Positions 27,032-40,167 are shown, numbered from the stretch's first letter. The stretch: 64,000 bases of DNA from Felis catus (GCF_018350175.1 NC_058368.1:217746001-217810000), one strand, 5' to 3'. A program made the numbers and translations. Notes: generated by a model not told the origin, from the sequence alone.

Positions 27032-27599
27032 ATATTCGTGAATTTCCCAATTTTCCTTCTGGTATTTATTTCTAATTTAATTATGCTATGTTTGGATAAT
27101 ACATTTTGTATGTTTACACTTCTTTTTAATTTACCAAAGCTTCTCTCATGGCCTAAACTATGGCCTAGAAGATGTTTTGCATGCACCTACAAAAAAATGT
27201 GTATTCTTCCATCATTGGGAAGAGTGTTCTATAGGGATCTGTTAGGTCTAACAGTTTCACTGTATTGTTCAATAGTGTATCTAGAAATCACTTAATGTCT
27301 CCATCTTAGACATATAATTTTTCTGGATATATAATTCTTTATTGGCATTATGTTTCCTTCAGTTATTTTAATATGTCATCTATCACTTTTCACCTTATTA
27401 TTTTCGGTAAGTCAGCTATTAATTTTAAGTATCTTCACTGAACCCAAAGAGTCATCTCTTTTTGATGTTTTCAAGAATGTCTCTTTATCTCTCAACAGTT
27501 TGAGTATGATGTGACGAGTTCAGGTTGTCTTTGAATTTATCCTACTTGGGGATGGTTGAACCTCTTGCATTTGTAGTTTCACATTTTTCATTAAATACT

Positions 27600-27835
27600 A
27601 AGCTCCAGCAAAAGGAGCATATTCCCTCTTCCTCTACCTTTGCATTCTATTCAGGCTCCAAATGAATTGGATGATGCCCAATGGCACTGGTGAAGGAAAT
27701 CTTTACTCAGTCTACTGAGTATGCTAATCTCTTCTAGAGACACCTTCACAAATATGCCCAGAAATAATTTGTTTACCAGCTATCTGGGCATCCTTTAGCC
27801 CAGTCATGTTAACACACACAGTAATAACCTTCACA
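27600..27835 (-). mobile_element. MLT2-type (ERVL) LTR fragment
   Basis: cccagaaataat...ccagctatctgggcatcctttagcccagtca...aaccttcaca matches my recall of the reverse MLT2 LTR start. Confidence 0.75.
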
Positions 27836-28415
27836 ATAGAGATCTGCTCAAGTAAACTGTAAGCTCCATTTGACGGTGGCTTATTTCGTCACACATATAG
27901 CATGTACTTAAACATGTGTTGAATAAGTACATGAGTAGATTGAATTAAGCGTCACCAATTAATAATATATATGAATCCTGGAAAATATTGAAAGTAAGCT
28001 CATTTTTACTGAATAGATTTTCAGTGGGCAACAAATAGTCTTCAGAAAAATGCCTTTCAAATTAATAGATTCAAATAAATTTTCTATTGATAACATGTTT
28101 CCCTCTTCAGGAGGTTCATTAACTTGCTTCTTATGATAAAAAGTAATAAATACGTTTGGTAAAAAAAAGCCAATTTTATAATTATTGCCATTATTTATGT
28201 TTTACTATATGAAAGCCTCCCTTCTTTTCAGTATCGTATACTATCAATGTCTCAGTAAGTTAAATTTGTCCAGTATTTCTCACCTTTATCTATTACTGGA
28301 ACAAGTTCAAATGGCCACAATTAATTTGTTGGTTATTAAAATAAATTTTTCATGTTAACTCCACGAAAAGATGCAATTAAATAACATCACATTTAAGATT
28401 AAGCATATTATATTC

Positions 28416-28629
28416 GGGCGCCTGAGTGGCTCAGTTGGTTAAGTATCTGACTTTGGCTCAGGTCATAATCTCACAGATTGTGGGTCTGAGCCCCGCATCA
28501 GGCTCTGTGCTGACAGCTTGGATGCCTGGAGCCTGTTTCAGATTCTGTGTCTCCCTCTCTCTCTGCCTCTCCCCCTGTTCACGCGTGGTCTCTCTCTGTC
28601 TCTCAAAAATGAAGACATGTTAAAAAAAT
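28416..28629 (+). mobile_element. Can-SINE
   Basis: Full body; TSD taagattaagcatatta. Confidence 0.95.
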
Positions 28630-29101
28630 TAAGATTAAGCATATTAGAATATATGATATGAAACCTGTACAACATATAACGTATATGTTGTACAAACAAT
28701 ATATAGGACACATAAGAAAAAGTTCATTCCTACTGTAAGACTAAAGAATGTTAACTGATACTCACAGTGATAAACTTATGTATGGCAAGATCCTAAAAGA
28801 ATGTGTTTTTGTGTTTTTGTTGCTGATGTTTTATTTATTTTATTTATTTTGGGGGTTTTTTTTGGAAAAATTAAGCAAGGACTGAAATGTTAAATGTTTA
28901 TCTTTATGTGGAATCATATGAGAGAAAAAGGGACTTGGAGTTTTCAGTCTGCTTCTTCTACTTGACAAGTAAGGGGACATTAAATGTTCCTGAATTGTAG
29001 TTTCCTTATCTATACAATAAAATAAAACCTATAGAATGATTATAAAAGCAAACTCAAAAGATCAATGTGAATATAAAAGTATTTTAAAATATTAATTAAC
29101 C

Positions 29102-29316
29102 TTTAAAAAAATTTTTTTTTTATGTTTGAGAGAGAGAAAGTCAGAGTATGAGTGGAGAAGGGGCAGAGAGACAAAGAGGGAGACACAGAATTTGAAGCGG
29201 CTCCAGACTCTGAGTTGTCAGCACAAAGCCCTATGCAGGGCTCCAACTCATGGACTTTGAGATCATGACCTGAGCCGAAGTCGGACACTTAATTGACCAA
29301 GCTACCCAGGTATCCC
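29102..29316 (-). mobile_element. Can-SINE
   Basis: Full body; TSD taaaatattaatt. Confidence 0.95.
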
Positions 29317-29998
29317 TAAAATATTAATTTATCATGCAGCTACTAGGACAATCACCAACAGACATTGTTGATAACTTACTCTTCATTTATTGCCTCATTT
29401 TCCCCTTATACATACCCTATCAGGCATGTTCTGTATTTTTGCTTGTTATAAAGGATGCAAAACTTGAATTCTATTGAAATCAAATACACTGCTCTTGAAC
29501 ACACAACTCTACCTTCCGAGTAAGGATTTAAATGCATTAAGTTTGAAGTCTTTACTCTTAACTATAGTATGTAACATATTTGAATAAACTCTTTATTAGC
29601 AGTTTAATCATTTGTACAATCTTTCTCACTTATCCTGAATAAACAGAAACTTCAGCATATTCATAAACATATAAATACAAAGCAGAGTCAGTAAGCACCT
29701 CCCCCCCCAAAGCTCGGTAAGGTTCAGCTGCAGTAATACAAATCAATTTGGAGTATCACTCTAATGGCACTCTAGCAGTAAGAATCTCCAAGTGAATGGA
29801 AAATTACAAGTGCTGGATTTATTCCATTTACCAAATGAAAAGTACAGTGTTGTCTTCTTCTTAGTATAGAGAGATCCAATGAAAATACTTCATTCTGCAA
29901 ATGCCAAGCACTGCTTTTTGGACAATTACAGTACCAACTCTTCCCTTCTAACTGTACATTTGCGGATTTTATACACCGACCAATCAAGACTGTTTACT

Positions 29999-30123
29999 TC
30001 ACTTAGAACTTCTCCTGCCAAGAAAGCATTTTGTGTATAAATGGCTCCAATCTGGGAAGGCATCCAAAAGAAGCTGTTCAGGTGAATAACAGTGTGATTT
30101 ACATGCAGGTGCAAAGCATAAAC
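29999..30123 (-). CDS. Candidate exon of an unidentified minus-strand gene (phase 1: LCFAPACKSHCYSPEQLLLDAFPDWSHLYTKCFLGRRSSK*)
   Basis: Acceptor ttttcaaactatttctag|G at 30124/30123; about 430 bp of complex unique sequence; phase-compatible with the 55803-55939 exon; the phase-0 frame is also open to 29926. Confidence 0.3.
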
Positions 30124-30961
30124 CTAGAAATAGTTTGAAAATACTAACTGAAGATATGGAGTAGAATTAAGTTAACTAGACAGGTATATCACTTTTCTTC
30201 TGATATTTTAAATACTCTAGAAATTTTCCATTTTTTATGTATTGTTATTTTTTTAGATTTACAATAATGCACCTTCCTTTAAAGTTTACTTATGCATTTG
30301 ATTTTTAGTAAAATAGATATTAGGGAAATGTCTCATGGTCACACAGAATCCTAGGGTAAAAAATACTGTGGAATAAAAAAGATCTTTCCTGCCTCACTAA
30401 AAAGAGAACCACTCCCAGGGGATGCATTCAAATACCGAAAATATAATGCAATTTTTCTCTACTTTCATCTTCTCAGCCTTTCACACAACTATGATTTTAT
30501 TTATTTGTTTGTTTGTTTATAAATCACATGCTGCACAAAACAACCATATAAATCATCAACAAACCAAAATTAGGAAAAAAAAAAGATCCAGGTTGTGCAA
30601 TTAGTTCAAAATACACCTATCTACACTATTGCTCCTAGATCATTTCAGAAATTAAAAAGAAATTATGAACCTATGAAATAAAGGTTCTGAAACTATGAAA
30701 TATGAAATATTTCTGAAATATGAAACTATGAAATAAAGGCCTTAGTTTATGAGATGTAGAGGTTTTAAGTGTTTCTTTCCTTTGTTTTGAGTGGTGTTTC
30801 AAGTTCTGATTAGCTAATAGCTGTAACAGGGATATACAAAAGCTGATGGGGAATCCAATGCCTGGTATTTTAGTGCAAGCACAAACAGGTACTAAAAATG
30901 GTAACTTAAGAGCATTAAATCTTAATTTTCTTACTAGAAAATAATGCTTCCACTGACTATC

Positions 30962-31204
30962 TTTTATATTTATTTTCCCTTTGAGAAAGAGAGAGCACGA
31001 GTTGGGTAGGGGTGAAGGGAGAGGGAGACGGTAAGAGAGTGAGGGAAAGGGAGAGGGAGAGGGAGAGACTCTTAAGCAGGCTCCACGCCTAGCGTATAGC
31101 CCGATGCGGGGTTTGGACTTGGGACTGACATTTCAGGACCTTGAAATCATGATCTAGGCTTAAATCAAGAGTCAGAGGCACCAACTGAGCCACCCAGGGG
31201 CTCC
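30962..31204 (-). mobile_element. Can-SINE (older type)
   Basis: SINE body; TSD tccactgacta. Confidence 0.9.
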
Positions 31205-31349
31205 TCCACTGACTACCCTTTAAATTTATTATAACAGTAATTTAATAGTTAAAATATATAAGGAAACACACTTTAGTATTACCTAATAAATAAATGTAAT
31301 AATTAACAAAGTGTTACTGGTAAGTGTCTTAGATACTCCAAGTACTATA

Positions 31350-31571
31350 AGAAATTAATTAATGCATTCATTCATTCATTCACTTGTTGACAGAGATTGA
31401 ACACAGGAGCACAAGCGAGAAGAAGTGGAGAAAGACAGAGAGAGACAACATCAAGCAGACGCCATACCCAGCAGGAAACCTGACGCGGGGCTAGATCTCA
31501 CGATGGTGAGATCATGACCTGAGCCAAAATCAAGAGCCAGATGCTTAACTGAATTAGCCATCAGGCCCCCC
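31350..31571 (-). mobile_element. Can-SINE (older type)
   Basis: SINE body; TSD tactcca(a/t)gtactat. Confidence 0.9.
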
Positions 31572-32862
31572 ACTACTCCATGTACTATGACATTTTTTTT
31601 TTAGATTCCTATTTGAGACATTTAACAACAGTGGTTCTAATACGTTAAAGAAAACATGACATAATCTTCCCTAAATAGGAGAACTAAAACTACATTAAAT
31701 ATATGTATTTTGGCTCTGTGCAGCCACTGCTATGTTCCAAGTATTTCAAACAAACAGTAAATATAAAAAATTTGTATGAAAAAATAGCCTTACTATTTCA
31801 CTAATAGCCTAATTATTCCTCTAATAGGTAGATGAATATTGTTCATAATCAGCTCTTCCTGAATGTCCAATACATTGCTAATTTTGCAGTTAGTCATGCT
31901 TGAATTTATATTTTATTTCTGGCACATATTAAAGTATATGCCCTTGGATAAGGTACATAACTGTTTGAGTCACCTTTTCTTCACTCATAATAGTTACGTA
32001 AAGAGGACATAGAAAATAGATGTAAGAGAGAAGAAAATTAGGAGAGGAAAATGGAAGGTATTTCAGATATAAATGAAGTAGCTGGAAATTAAACCTTTGT
32101 AAACCCTAAGCCATTGGTTTATAAAACTTGTTTAACAATATATTTTTGTCCTGGTTGTTGAAAGGACTCAAAGGAAAAGTTCTGTGATGAAATTCACTAT
32201 GTAAATTTAGTTTTGTGCTTTTCTGCCAGGAATTTTTAATCTAATAGTATTGTATATGTATTCACATTCCTATGAATTGTTCTGATAGGATGTAATTTAT
32301 TTTCATGGCTTACTTATTAATTGGTAACTGATAAAGTACAGATATGATTTTAATACTTTATCTAAATTTCTAACCCTGAAATTTGATCATTTTTCTCCAA
32401 TAATTCGTGTGCATTGACCAAATATATCATGTTTTCAATGCTTAGTTGGATAATCATCAGTAGGGCTTATAAGAAACCACTGATTAAGCTCCTAGAAAAT
32501 AAAAATTGTTGTAAGCAAATATTAGACAAATATTCATTACATAATAGTGGCCCTGCAACTATGGGTAATTGAGCAAATGTGTACATGATGGCTTCCAAAG
32601 GAACATCCAATAATTTTAGATACAAGATGTGGTGATAAATGGAGTAAGCATTTGCATAGAGATTCTAAGAATTCAACTGGGCCCAGAAAGAATTGAGTAA
32701 AAAGAGGGAAGAAGGGGATACTTTATATATGAATGGAATCCAGTTAAATTCCTATTTTCAGAAGTAGACACTTCAGTGTATTAGAAGTATCTGCTTTAGT
32801 GATCTTAGGGAAATGTGTATAGTCAAAGTAACCACTTTTAAACATATACACTATATATATAT

Positions 32863-33091
32863 ATTTTTTTAAATTTTTTTTCAACGTTTATTTATTTTTG
32901 GGACAGAGAGAGACAGAGCATGAACGGGGGAGGGGCAGAGAGAGAGAGAGAGAGGGAGACACAGAATCGGAAACAGGCTCCAGGCTCCGAGCCATCAGCC
33001 CAGAGCCTGACGCGGGGCTCGAACTCATGGACGCGAGATCGTGACCTGGCTGAAGTTGGCCGCTCAACCGACTGTGCCACCCAGGCGCCCC
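32863..33091 (-). mobile_element. Young felid Can-SINE
   Basis: CpG-retaining body (gagatcgtgacctggctgaag); TSD tacactatatatatatattt. Confidence 0.97.
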
Positions 33092-33969
33092 TACACTATA
33101 TATATATTTTATTAACCTCTGGTGGAAATACAATGGCCATCTCTCTATAGTCAGTAAATATTGTATCAAAAATGCTTTCCACAGTATCATTAATATAAAG
33201 TATAATACACAATTACCACAATAAAATTTTTTAAATTACAAAAAAAAAAAATTAAAAAGTAAAATATAAAGTGAAATTCCCCAGCAAAAGCACTGCTCTC
33301 AAAATAAGCACTCAATCATGCTCATTCTACGATATTTCCTATTATGTACACATACACTCAAGGGCCAGTGATTTTTCAACCAGTGCTCTTACTACATAGT
33401 ATTCCAATATGTGAAGACCCCAATTTCAATGATTTAAATCAGTTAGACTACTATAGTTTATTATTATTGTAAATTATGACTTTATTCAGTCAGCATATGA
33501 TCTATATAAATCTGTGTGAATCTAGAGAGATAATTATACATGTACTTACATAGGATACATTTTAAACATGAAATTGCTTTGTTAAAGTTCATGTGCATTC
33601 CATAAATAAATAGATATTGCCAAATTCCCCTGAAGGGATTGTTAGAAATTTTAAATCTCATCAACTCTGTTACAGTGTGTTTTCCCCACATTATTGATAT
33701 TTAACAATATATTTTTAAACATTTTCTAAAATGATAGTCAAACACTAATATAAAATTAATGCTATCATTTTAACATCTCTATCTTTCATCACATTTCACT
33801 ACTTTACCCATGTTTATTAGCCAATTTTATTTCTGCTGTAAACTGCCTTTTTATATTCTTTGCACATATACTGTTCTCTTTTTAGTGTTGATTTTGTTGA
33901 CCATGAGTATTACTTTCTTTTTAATATGTATTAAAAATAATCATGTAAATTTGACATGCAGTTTTTTTA

Positions 33970-35602
33970 TTTTTATTTTATTTTTTTATATGAAATTTAT
34001 TGACAAATTGTTTTCCATACAACACCCAGTGCTCATCCCAAAAGGTGCCCTCCTCAATACCCATCACCCACCCTCTCCTCCCTCCCACCCCCCATCAACC
34101 CTCAGTTTGTTCTCAGTTTTTAACAGTCTCTTATGCTTTGGCTCTCTCCCACTCTAACCTGTTTTTTTTTTCCTTCCCCTCCCCCATGGGTTCCTGTTAA
34201 GTTTCTCAGGGTCCACATAAGAGTGAAACCATATGGTATCTGTCTTTCTCTGTATGGCTTATTTCACTTAGCATCACACTCTCCAGTTCCATCCACGTTG
34301 CTACAAAAGGCCATATTTCATTTTTTCTCATTGCCACGTAATATTCCATTGTGTATATAAACCACAATTTCTTTATCCATTCATCAGTTCATGGACATTT
34401 AGGCTCTTTCCTTAATTTGGCTATTGTTGAGAGTGCTGCTATGAACATTGGGGTACAAGTGGCCCTATGCATCAGTACTCCTGTATCCCTTGGATAAATT
34501 CCTAGCAGTGCTATTGCTGGGTCATAGGGTAGGTCTATTTTTAATTTTCTGAGGAACCTCCACACTGCTTTCAAGAGCGGCTGCACCAATTTGCATTCCC
34601 ACCAACAGTGCAAGAGGGTTCCCGTTTCTCCACATCCTTGCCAGCATCTATAGTCTCCTGATTTGTTCATTTTGGCCACTCTGACTGGTGTGAGGTGATA
34701 CCTGAGTGTGGTTTTGATTTGTATTTCCCTGATAAGGAGCGACGCTGAACATCTTTTCATGTGCCTGTTGGCCATCCAGATGTCTTTTTTTTTTTTTTTT
34801 TTTTTTTTAGCGTTTATTTATTTTTGAGACAGAGAGAGACAGAGCATGAATGGGGGAGGGGCAGAGAGAGAGGGAGACACAGAATCGGAAGCAGGCTCCA
34901 GGCTCTGAGCCATCAGCCCAGAGCCCGACGCGGGGCTCGAACTCACGGACCGCGAGATCATGACCTGAGCTGAAGTCGGACGCTCAACCGACTGAGCCAC
35001 CCAGGCGCCCCATGGATGTCTTCTTTAGAGAAGTGTCTATTCATGTTTTCTGCCCATTTCTTCACTGGGTTATTTGTTTTTCGGGTGTGGAGTTTGGTGA
35101 GCTCTTTATAGATTTTGGATACTAGCCCTTTGTCCGATATGTCATTTGCGAATATCTTTTCCCATTCCGTTGGTCGCCTTTTAGTTTTGTTGGTTGTTTC
35201 CTTTGCTGTGCAGAAGCTTTTTATCTTCATAAGGTCCCAGTAATTCACTTTTGCTTTTAATTCCCTTGCCTTTGGGGATGTGTCGAGTAAGAGATTGCTA
35301 CGGCTGAGGTCAGAGAGGTCTTTTCCTGCTTTCTCCTCTAAGGTTTTGATGGTTTCTTGTCTCACATTTAGGTCCTCTATCCATTTTGAGTTTATTTTTG
35401 TGAATGGTGTGAGAAAGTGGTCTAGTTTCAACCTTCTGCATGTCGCTGTCCAGTTCTCCCAGCACCATTTGTTAAAGAGGCTGTCTTTTTTCCATTGGAT
35501 GTTCTTTCCTGCTTTGTCAAAGATGAGTTGGCCATACGTTTGTGGGTCTAGTTCTGGGGTTTCTATTCTATTCCATTGGTCTATGTGTCTGTTTTTGTGC
35601 CA
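33970..35602 (-). mobile_element. Young 5'-truncated felid LINE-1 containing a SINE
   Basis: ORF2 C-terminal frames 34958-35608 and 34389-34775; perfect 18-bp TSD tgacatgcagttttttta at 33952 and 35603. Confidence 0.97.
34786..35011 (-). mobile_element. Young felid Can-SINE nested in L1 ORF2
   Basis: Long pure poly(T) tail, CpG-rich body, TSD core gatgtctt. Confidence 0.97.
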
Positions 35603-35707
35603 TGACATGCAGTTTTTTTAATAGAAACTATTCTCTAGTGAGAGATTGTTATCTGACAATTATTACTTGGGTCACACCAAGAAAACTTCCCCAAGACACT
35701 ATTCTTA

Positions 35708-35928
35708 TTTTTTTTTAATTTTTTTCAATGTTTATTTATTTTTGGGACAGAGAGAGACAGAGCATGAACAGGGGAGGGGCAGAGAGAGAGGGAGACACAG
35801 AATCGGAAACAGGCTCCAGGCTCTCAGCCATCAGCCCAGAGCCTGACGCGGGGCTCGAACGCATGGACCGCGAGATCGTGACCTGGCTGAAGTCGGACGC
35901 TTAACCGACTGCGCCACCCAGGCGCCCC
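35708..35928 (-). mobile_element. Young felid Can-SINE
   Basis: Full body; TSD gacactattctt. Confidence 0.97.
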
Positions 35929-36909
35929 GACACTATTCTTTTAATACTAAGATTTTTTTAGGTTTTGATCTATAAATAAGTTGTTATTATATGAAGTTTG
36001 TTGAAATTGTTTAAATTCTGTAGGCAGTGGATTAAATACAAAGCAGTGTATATTACTACTGTCCAGTGATTCAAAATGCTAAATTTATTATATATTAAAT
36101 TTATATATTTGTCACATTTGTATCTCTTTAATACTTTTTGAAATGTGATTGTCATGATTCTTATTTTAAAGGATTTTATTAACTGTTCTTCCTTATTTAT
36201 TTTCCAATTATTGTCAACTTATTAAAATTACAGTGAAATTTTCATTCGAATTATTAGAGGCCACCCTCACTCCTCACCAAATGGGCCTCTGTGACATGAC
36301 AGTTTGCTTCACCAGAACCAGGAATAAGAGAGTCTGTTACCATCTTGGATGTCATAATCTTCTCTAACCTAATCACAGATGGCATCCTTCAGTGCTGATC
36401 TATTCTCACTATTCAATGGCTAGTTACTCAAAGGGAGAGGTCTGCAGTAGGCAATGGATACTATCAGGTGGAAATTCATAGGGACTACCTTACATGGGTA
36501 GTACGACACATCAAAACCAGGTAAAAACACTGGAAAAAGAGAATCTATAGACCAGTAACCCTCATGAACATAGCTGTAAATATCTTCAAGATTACATTAT
36601 GTAACTGAATCCAGCAATATATTAAATGATAATACATTCTGACCAAATGGAGTTCATCTTAGAAATACAGAAGTTGTTCAGCATGCAAAACTCAACCTGT
36701 ATAATTCACCACAAAAAAGATAAATAGGAAAAATTGTATAATCATTCCAATATATGCAGAAAGGCATTCAACTATATTTGGCACCCATCCCTGATAAAAA
36801 TCTCTTACCAAAATAGAAATGTGTTTTACTTGTCCCACCTAATGAAGAGCACTTTCCAAAAATTTATAGCCAACATCTTACTTAATGGTGGGAAGCTGAA
36901 TGCTCCCCA

Positions 36910-38316
36910 CTATTATGGAATGAACTATCTCCCCAAAATTCATATGTTGAAACACTAATCTAATGTTATTACATTTGGAGTCTTTATGTAGGTAATTCGT
37001 TTAAATGAGGTAATGAAAGCGGGGCCCTAATGCAATATGACTTGTGTCCTTAAAAGAAGAAGGAGACCTGGATAGGAAGAACAAATATTATTAAAATGTC
37101 GATACTACCCAAAGCAATCTACATATTCAATTGTATCCCTAACAAAATAACACCAGAATTCTTCACAGAGCCAGAACAAATAATCCTAAAATTTGTATGG
37201 AATCAGAAAATACCCAGAATATCCAAAGCAATCTTGAAAAAGAAAAACAAAGCAGGCGGCACCAAAATCCCAGACTTGCAGCTATAGTACAAAGCTGTAA
37301 TCGTCAAGACGGTATGGTACTGGCACAAGAACAGACCCTCAGATCAAAGGAATAGAATAGAGAACCTGGAAATGGACCCACAAACATATGGCTAACTAAT
37401 CTTTGACAAAGCAGGAAAGAATATCCAATGGAACAAAGACAGTCTCTTCAGCAAGTGGTGCTGGGAAAAATGGACAGCGACATGCAGAAGAATGAACCTG
37501 GACCACTTTGTTACACCATACACAAAAATAAACTCAAAATGGATGAAAGACCTAAATGTAAGACAGGAAGCCATCAAAATCCTCAAGGAGAAAGCAGGCA
37601 CAACCTCTTTGATCTTGCCTGCAGCAACTTCTTACTCAACACGTCTCTGGAGGCAAGGGAAACAAGAGCAAAAATGAACTACTGGGACCTCATCAAAATA
37701 AAAAGCTTCTGTACAGCGAAGGAAACAATCAGCGAAACTAAAAGGCAGCCTACAGAATGGGAGAAGATATTTGCAAATGACACATCAGATAAAGGGTTAG
37801 TATCCAAAATCTATAAGGAACTTATCAAACTCAGCACTCAAAAAAAAAAAATCCAGTGAAAAAATGGGCAAAAGACATGAATAGACACTTCTCCAAAGAA
37901 GACATCCAGATGGCCAACCGACACATGAAAAAATGCTCAACTTCACTCATCATCAGGGAAATACAAATCAAAACCACACTGAGATACCACCTTACACATG
38001 TCAGAATGGCTAACATTAACAACTCAGGCAACAACAGATGTTGGCGAGGATGCAGAGAAAGAGGATCTCTCTTGCACTGTTGGTGGGAATGCAAGCTGGT
38101 GCAGCCACTCTGGAAAACAGTATAGAGGATCCTCAAAAAACTAAAAATAGAACTACCCTATGACACAGAAATTGCACTACTATGTATTTATCCAAGGGAT
38201 ACAGGTGTTTCGAAGGGGCACATTCACCCCAATGTTTATAGCAGCACTGTCAACAATAGCCAAAGTATGGAAAGAGCCCAAATGTTCATTGATGGATGAA
38301 TGGATAAAGAAGATGT

Positions 38317-38361
<45 letters not shown>

Positions 38362-38386
38362 CATATACATATACAAATATATATAT

Positions 38387-38425
<39 letters not shown>

Positions 38426-38930
38426 CTTGGAGTATTACTTGGCAATCAAAAAGAATGAAATCTTGCCATCTGCAACTATGTGGATGGAACTGGAGGGTAT
38501 TATGGTAAGTGAAATTAGTCAGAGAAAAACAAATATATGAGTTCACCCATATGAGGACTTTAAGAGACAAAACAGATGAACATAAGGGAAGGGAAACAAA
38601 AATAATATAAAATCAGGGAGGGGACAAAATATAAGAGACTTATAAATATGGAGAACAAACTGAGGGTTACTGGAGGTGTTGTGGGAGGAGGGATGGGCTA
38701 AATGGGTAAGGAGCATGAAAGAATCTACTCCTGAAACCACTGGCGCACCATATGCTAACTAATTTGGATGTAAATTTATAAAAATGAAAATAAATCTGAG
38801 ATTATATTTAAAAAAAAGATACACAAGGATATGCACTCAGAGTAATGACTATGTAAGGCCACTATGAGAAGGCAACTGTCTGTGCACCAAGGAGAGATAC
38901 CTCAGGAAAAATCAAAGATATTGACAAGCG
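36910..38930 (+). mobile_element. MLT1-type (MaLR) LTR split by an L1 insertion
   Basis: ccccaaaattcatatgttgaa...ggggccctaatgcaatatgacttgtgtcctta...; resumes at about 38818 with gagaaggcaactgtctgtgcaccaaggagaga. Confidence 0.75.
37068..38815 (+). mobile_element. 5'-truncated LINE-1 (ORF2 C-terminus and 3'UTR)
   Basis: ORF2 fragments ([28 protein letters not shown]); 3'UTR of the same type as the 5.6-kb and 61-kb copies; internal (TA)n at 38318-38423. Confidence 0.96.
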
Positions 38931-39951
38931 GAGTTCAAATTTTATTAATAAAAAGGGAATTATAATACCTCCAAACTATTCTGAAAAAGAATACAGTTGA
39001 AGAGCCATAATGCTAGATTTTAGCATTTACTTTAAAACTATTATAATGAAGACAGTGCTGTATTGGTGAAAGAATAAATACATAGGTCAATGGAACAGAA
39101 TAAAGACCCAAAATAATCCACACCAATAGAGTGACTTGATGAATCCTAAAAATGCAAAGGTAATTCAATGAAGACACTTAATCTCTTCAACTAATGGTAG
39201 TGGAACAATGGACTTTCCAAATGCAAAATAATTAATTTAGACCCTGTCTCATAACTTACACGAAATTTAATTCAAGTTAGATCATATACTTTAATACAAA
39301 ATGTAAAACTATAAAATATCTAGAGAAAATCTGTGTGACCATGGGTTTTACAATGAGTTTGTCGTTATCTACTTTATCATCATGTATATTTATATAGGAG
39401 ATAGGTGTTATTTGAAAACATGATGGCTAACACACTAACAATAACAGATTATCTAGTTCTAACTAATTCAAGAAATATAAACTGTGCATTTGTTTTAAAA
39501 TTACAGATACATAAAATGTATAATCCCTCTGCACAACAATATTCATCTACAGGGCATTCCATAAAGCCCAGTATACTCATAAAGTAAATAGTTAAACAAC
39601 AGCAGTCATCTAGTGATCAATTTACCAGATCCATATTATCAGCAATGGATTTACACAACAACAAAAGTGTAGAGAAAAAGAGATCTATACAAATATACAT
39701 GGAGGATTTTGCAGTTAATTTATATATTGACACAACAATTTTGTGTAGGTAGAAATATAAAGATAAGATATATATCAGCTATATAAAGTTATGTATGGGA
39801 ATGATAAATCCCCAAATTAGTATAGTGATCATATATTTTTATAAGGAAGAAATGTGTCCATTATGACAATGAGTTTTGATTTTATTCATAATATTTTATT
39901 CCTTAAGCTAGAAGAAAGACATGTAGTGTTCCATTAAAATATTTCCATTAA

Positions 39952-40167
39952 GGGGCGCCTGGGTGGCGCAGTCAGTTAAGCGTCCGACTTCAGCCAGGTC
40001 ACGATCTCGCGCTCCGTGAGTTCGAGCCCCGCGTCAGGCTCTGGGCTGATGGCTCGGAGCCTGGAGCCTGTTTCCGATTCTGTGTCTCCCTCTCTCTCTG
40101 CCCCTCCCCCGTTCATGCTCTGTCTCTCTCTGTCCCAAAAATAAATAAACGTTAAAAAAAATTAAAA
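39952..40167 (+). mobile_element. Young felid Can-SINE
   Basis: CpG-rich body; TSD aaaatatttccatta. Confidence 0.97.

Larger units (their letters stand above)
20430..27590 (-). mobile_element. Ancient L1M (3' end at left), host of a SINE, a Tigger1 and a nested L1
   Basis: Antisense L1 3'UTR/ORF2 at 20430-22157 resumes colinearly at about 25664 after the Tigger1. Confidence 0.8.
36510..39360 (+). mobile_element. Ancient L1M ORF2 fragments (36510-36910 and 38940-39360) flanking an LTR
   Basis: agaccagtaaccctcatgaacatag, caatggaacagaataaagacc. Confidence 0.65.

Noticed and set aside
28930..29090. MIR/L2/MER5-like remnants here and near 1.6, 6.3, 17.2, 57.9 and 63.4 kb
   Set aside because: Too decayed to delimit or name reliably by eye
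36250..36510. Unique-looking GC-richer block as an exon
   Set aside because: More consistent with a decayed MaLR-type LTR; no convincing splice sites or frame
39952..40030. tRNA-like A/B-box sequence as a tRNA gene
   Set aside because: tRNA-derived head of a Can-SINE followed by SINE body, (CT)n and A-tail
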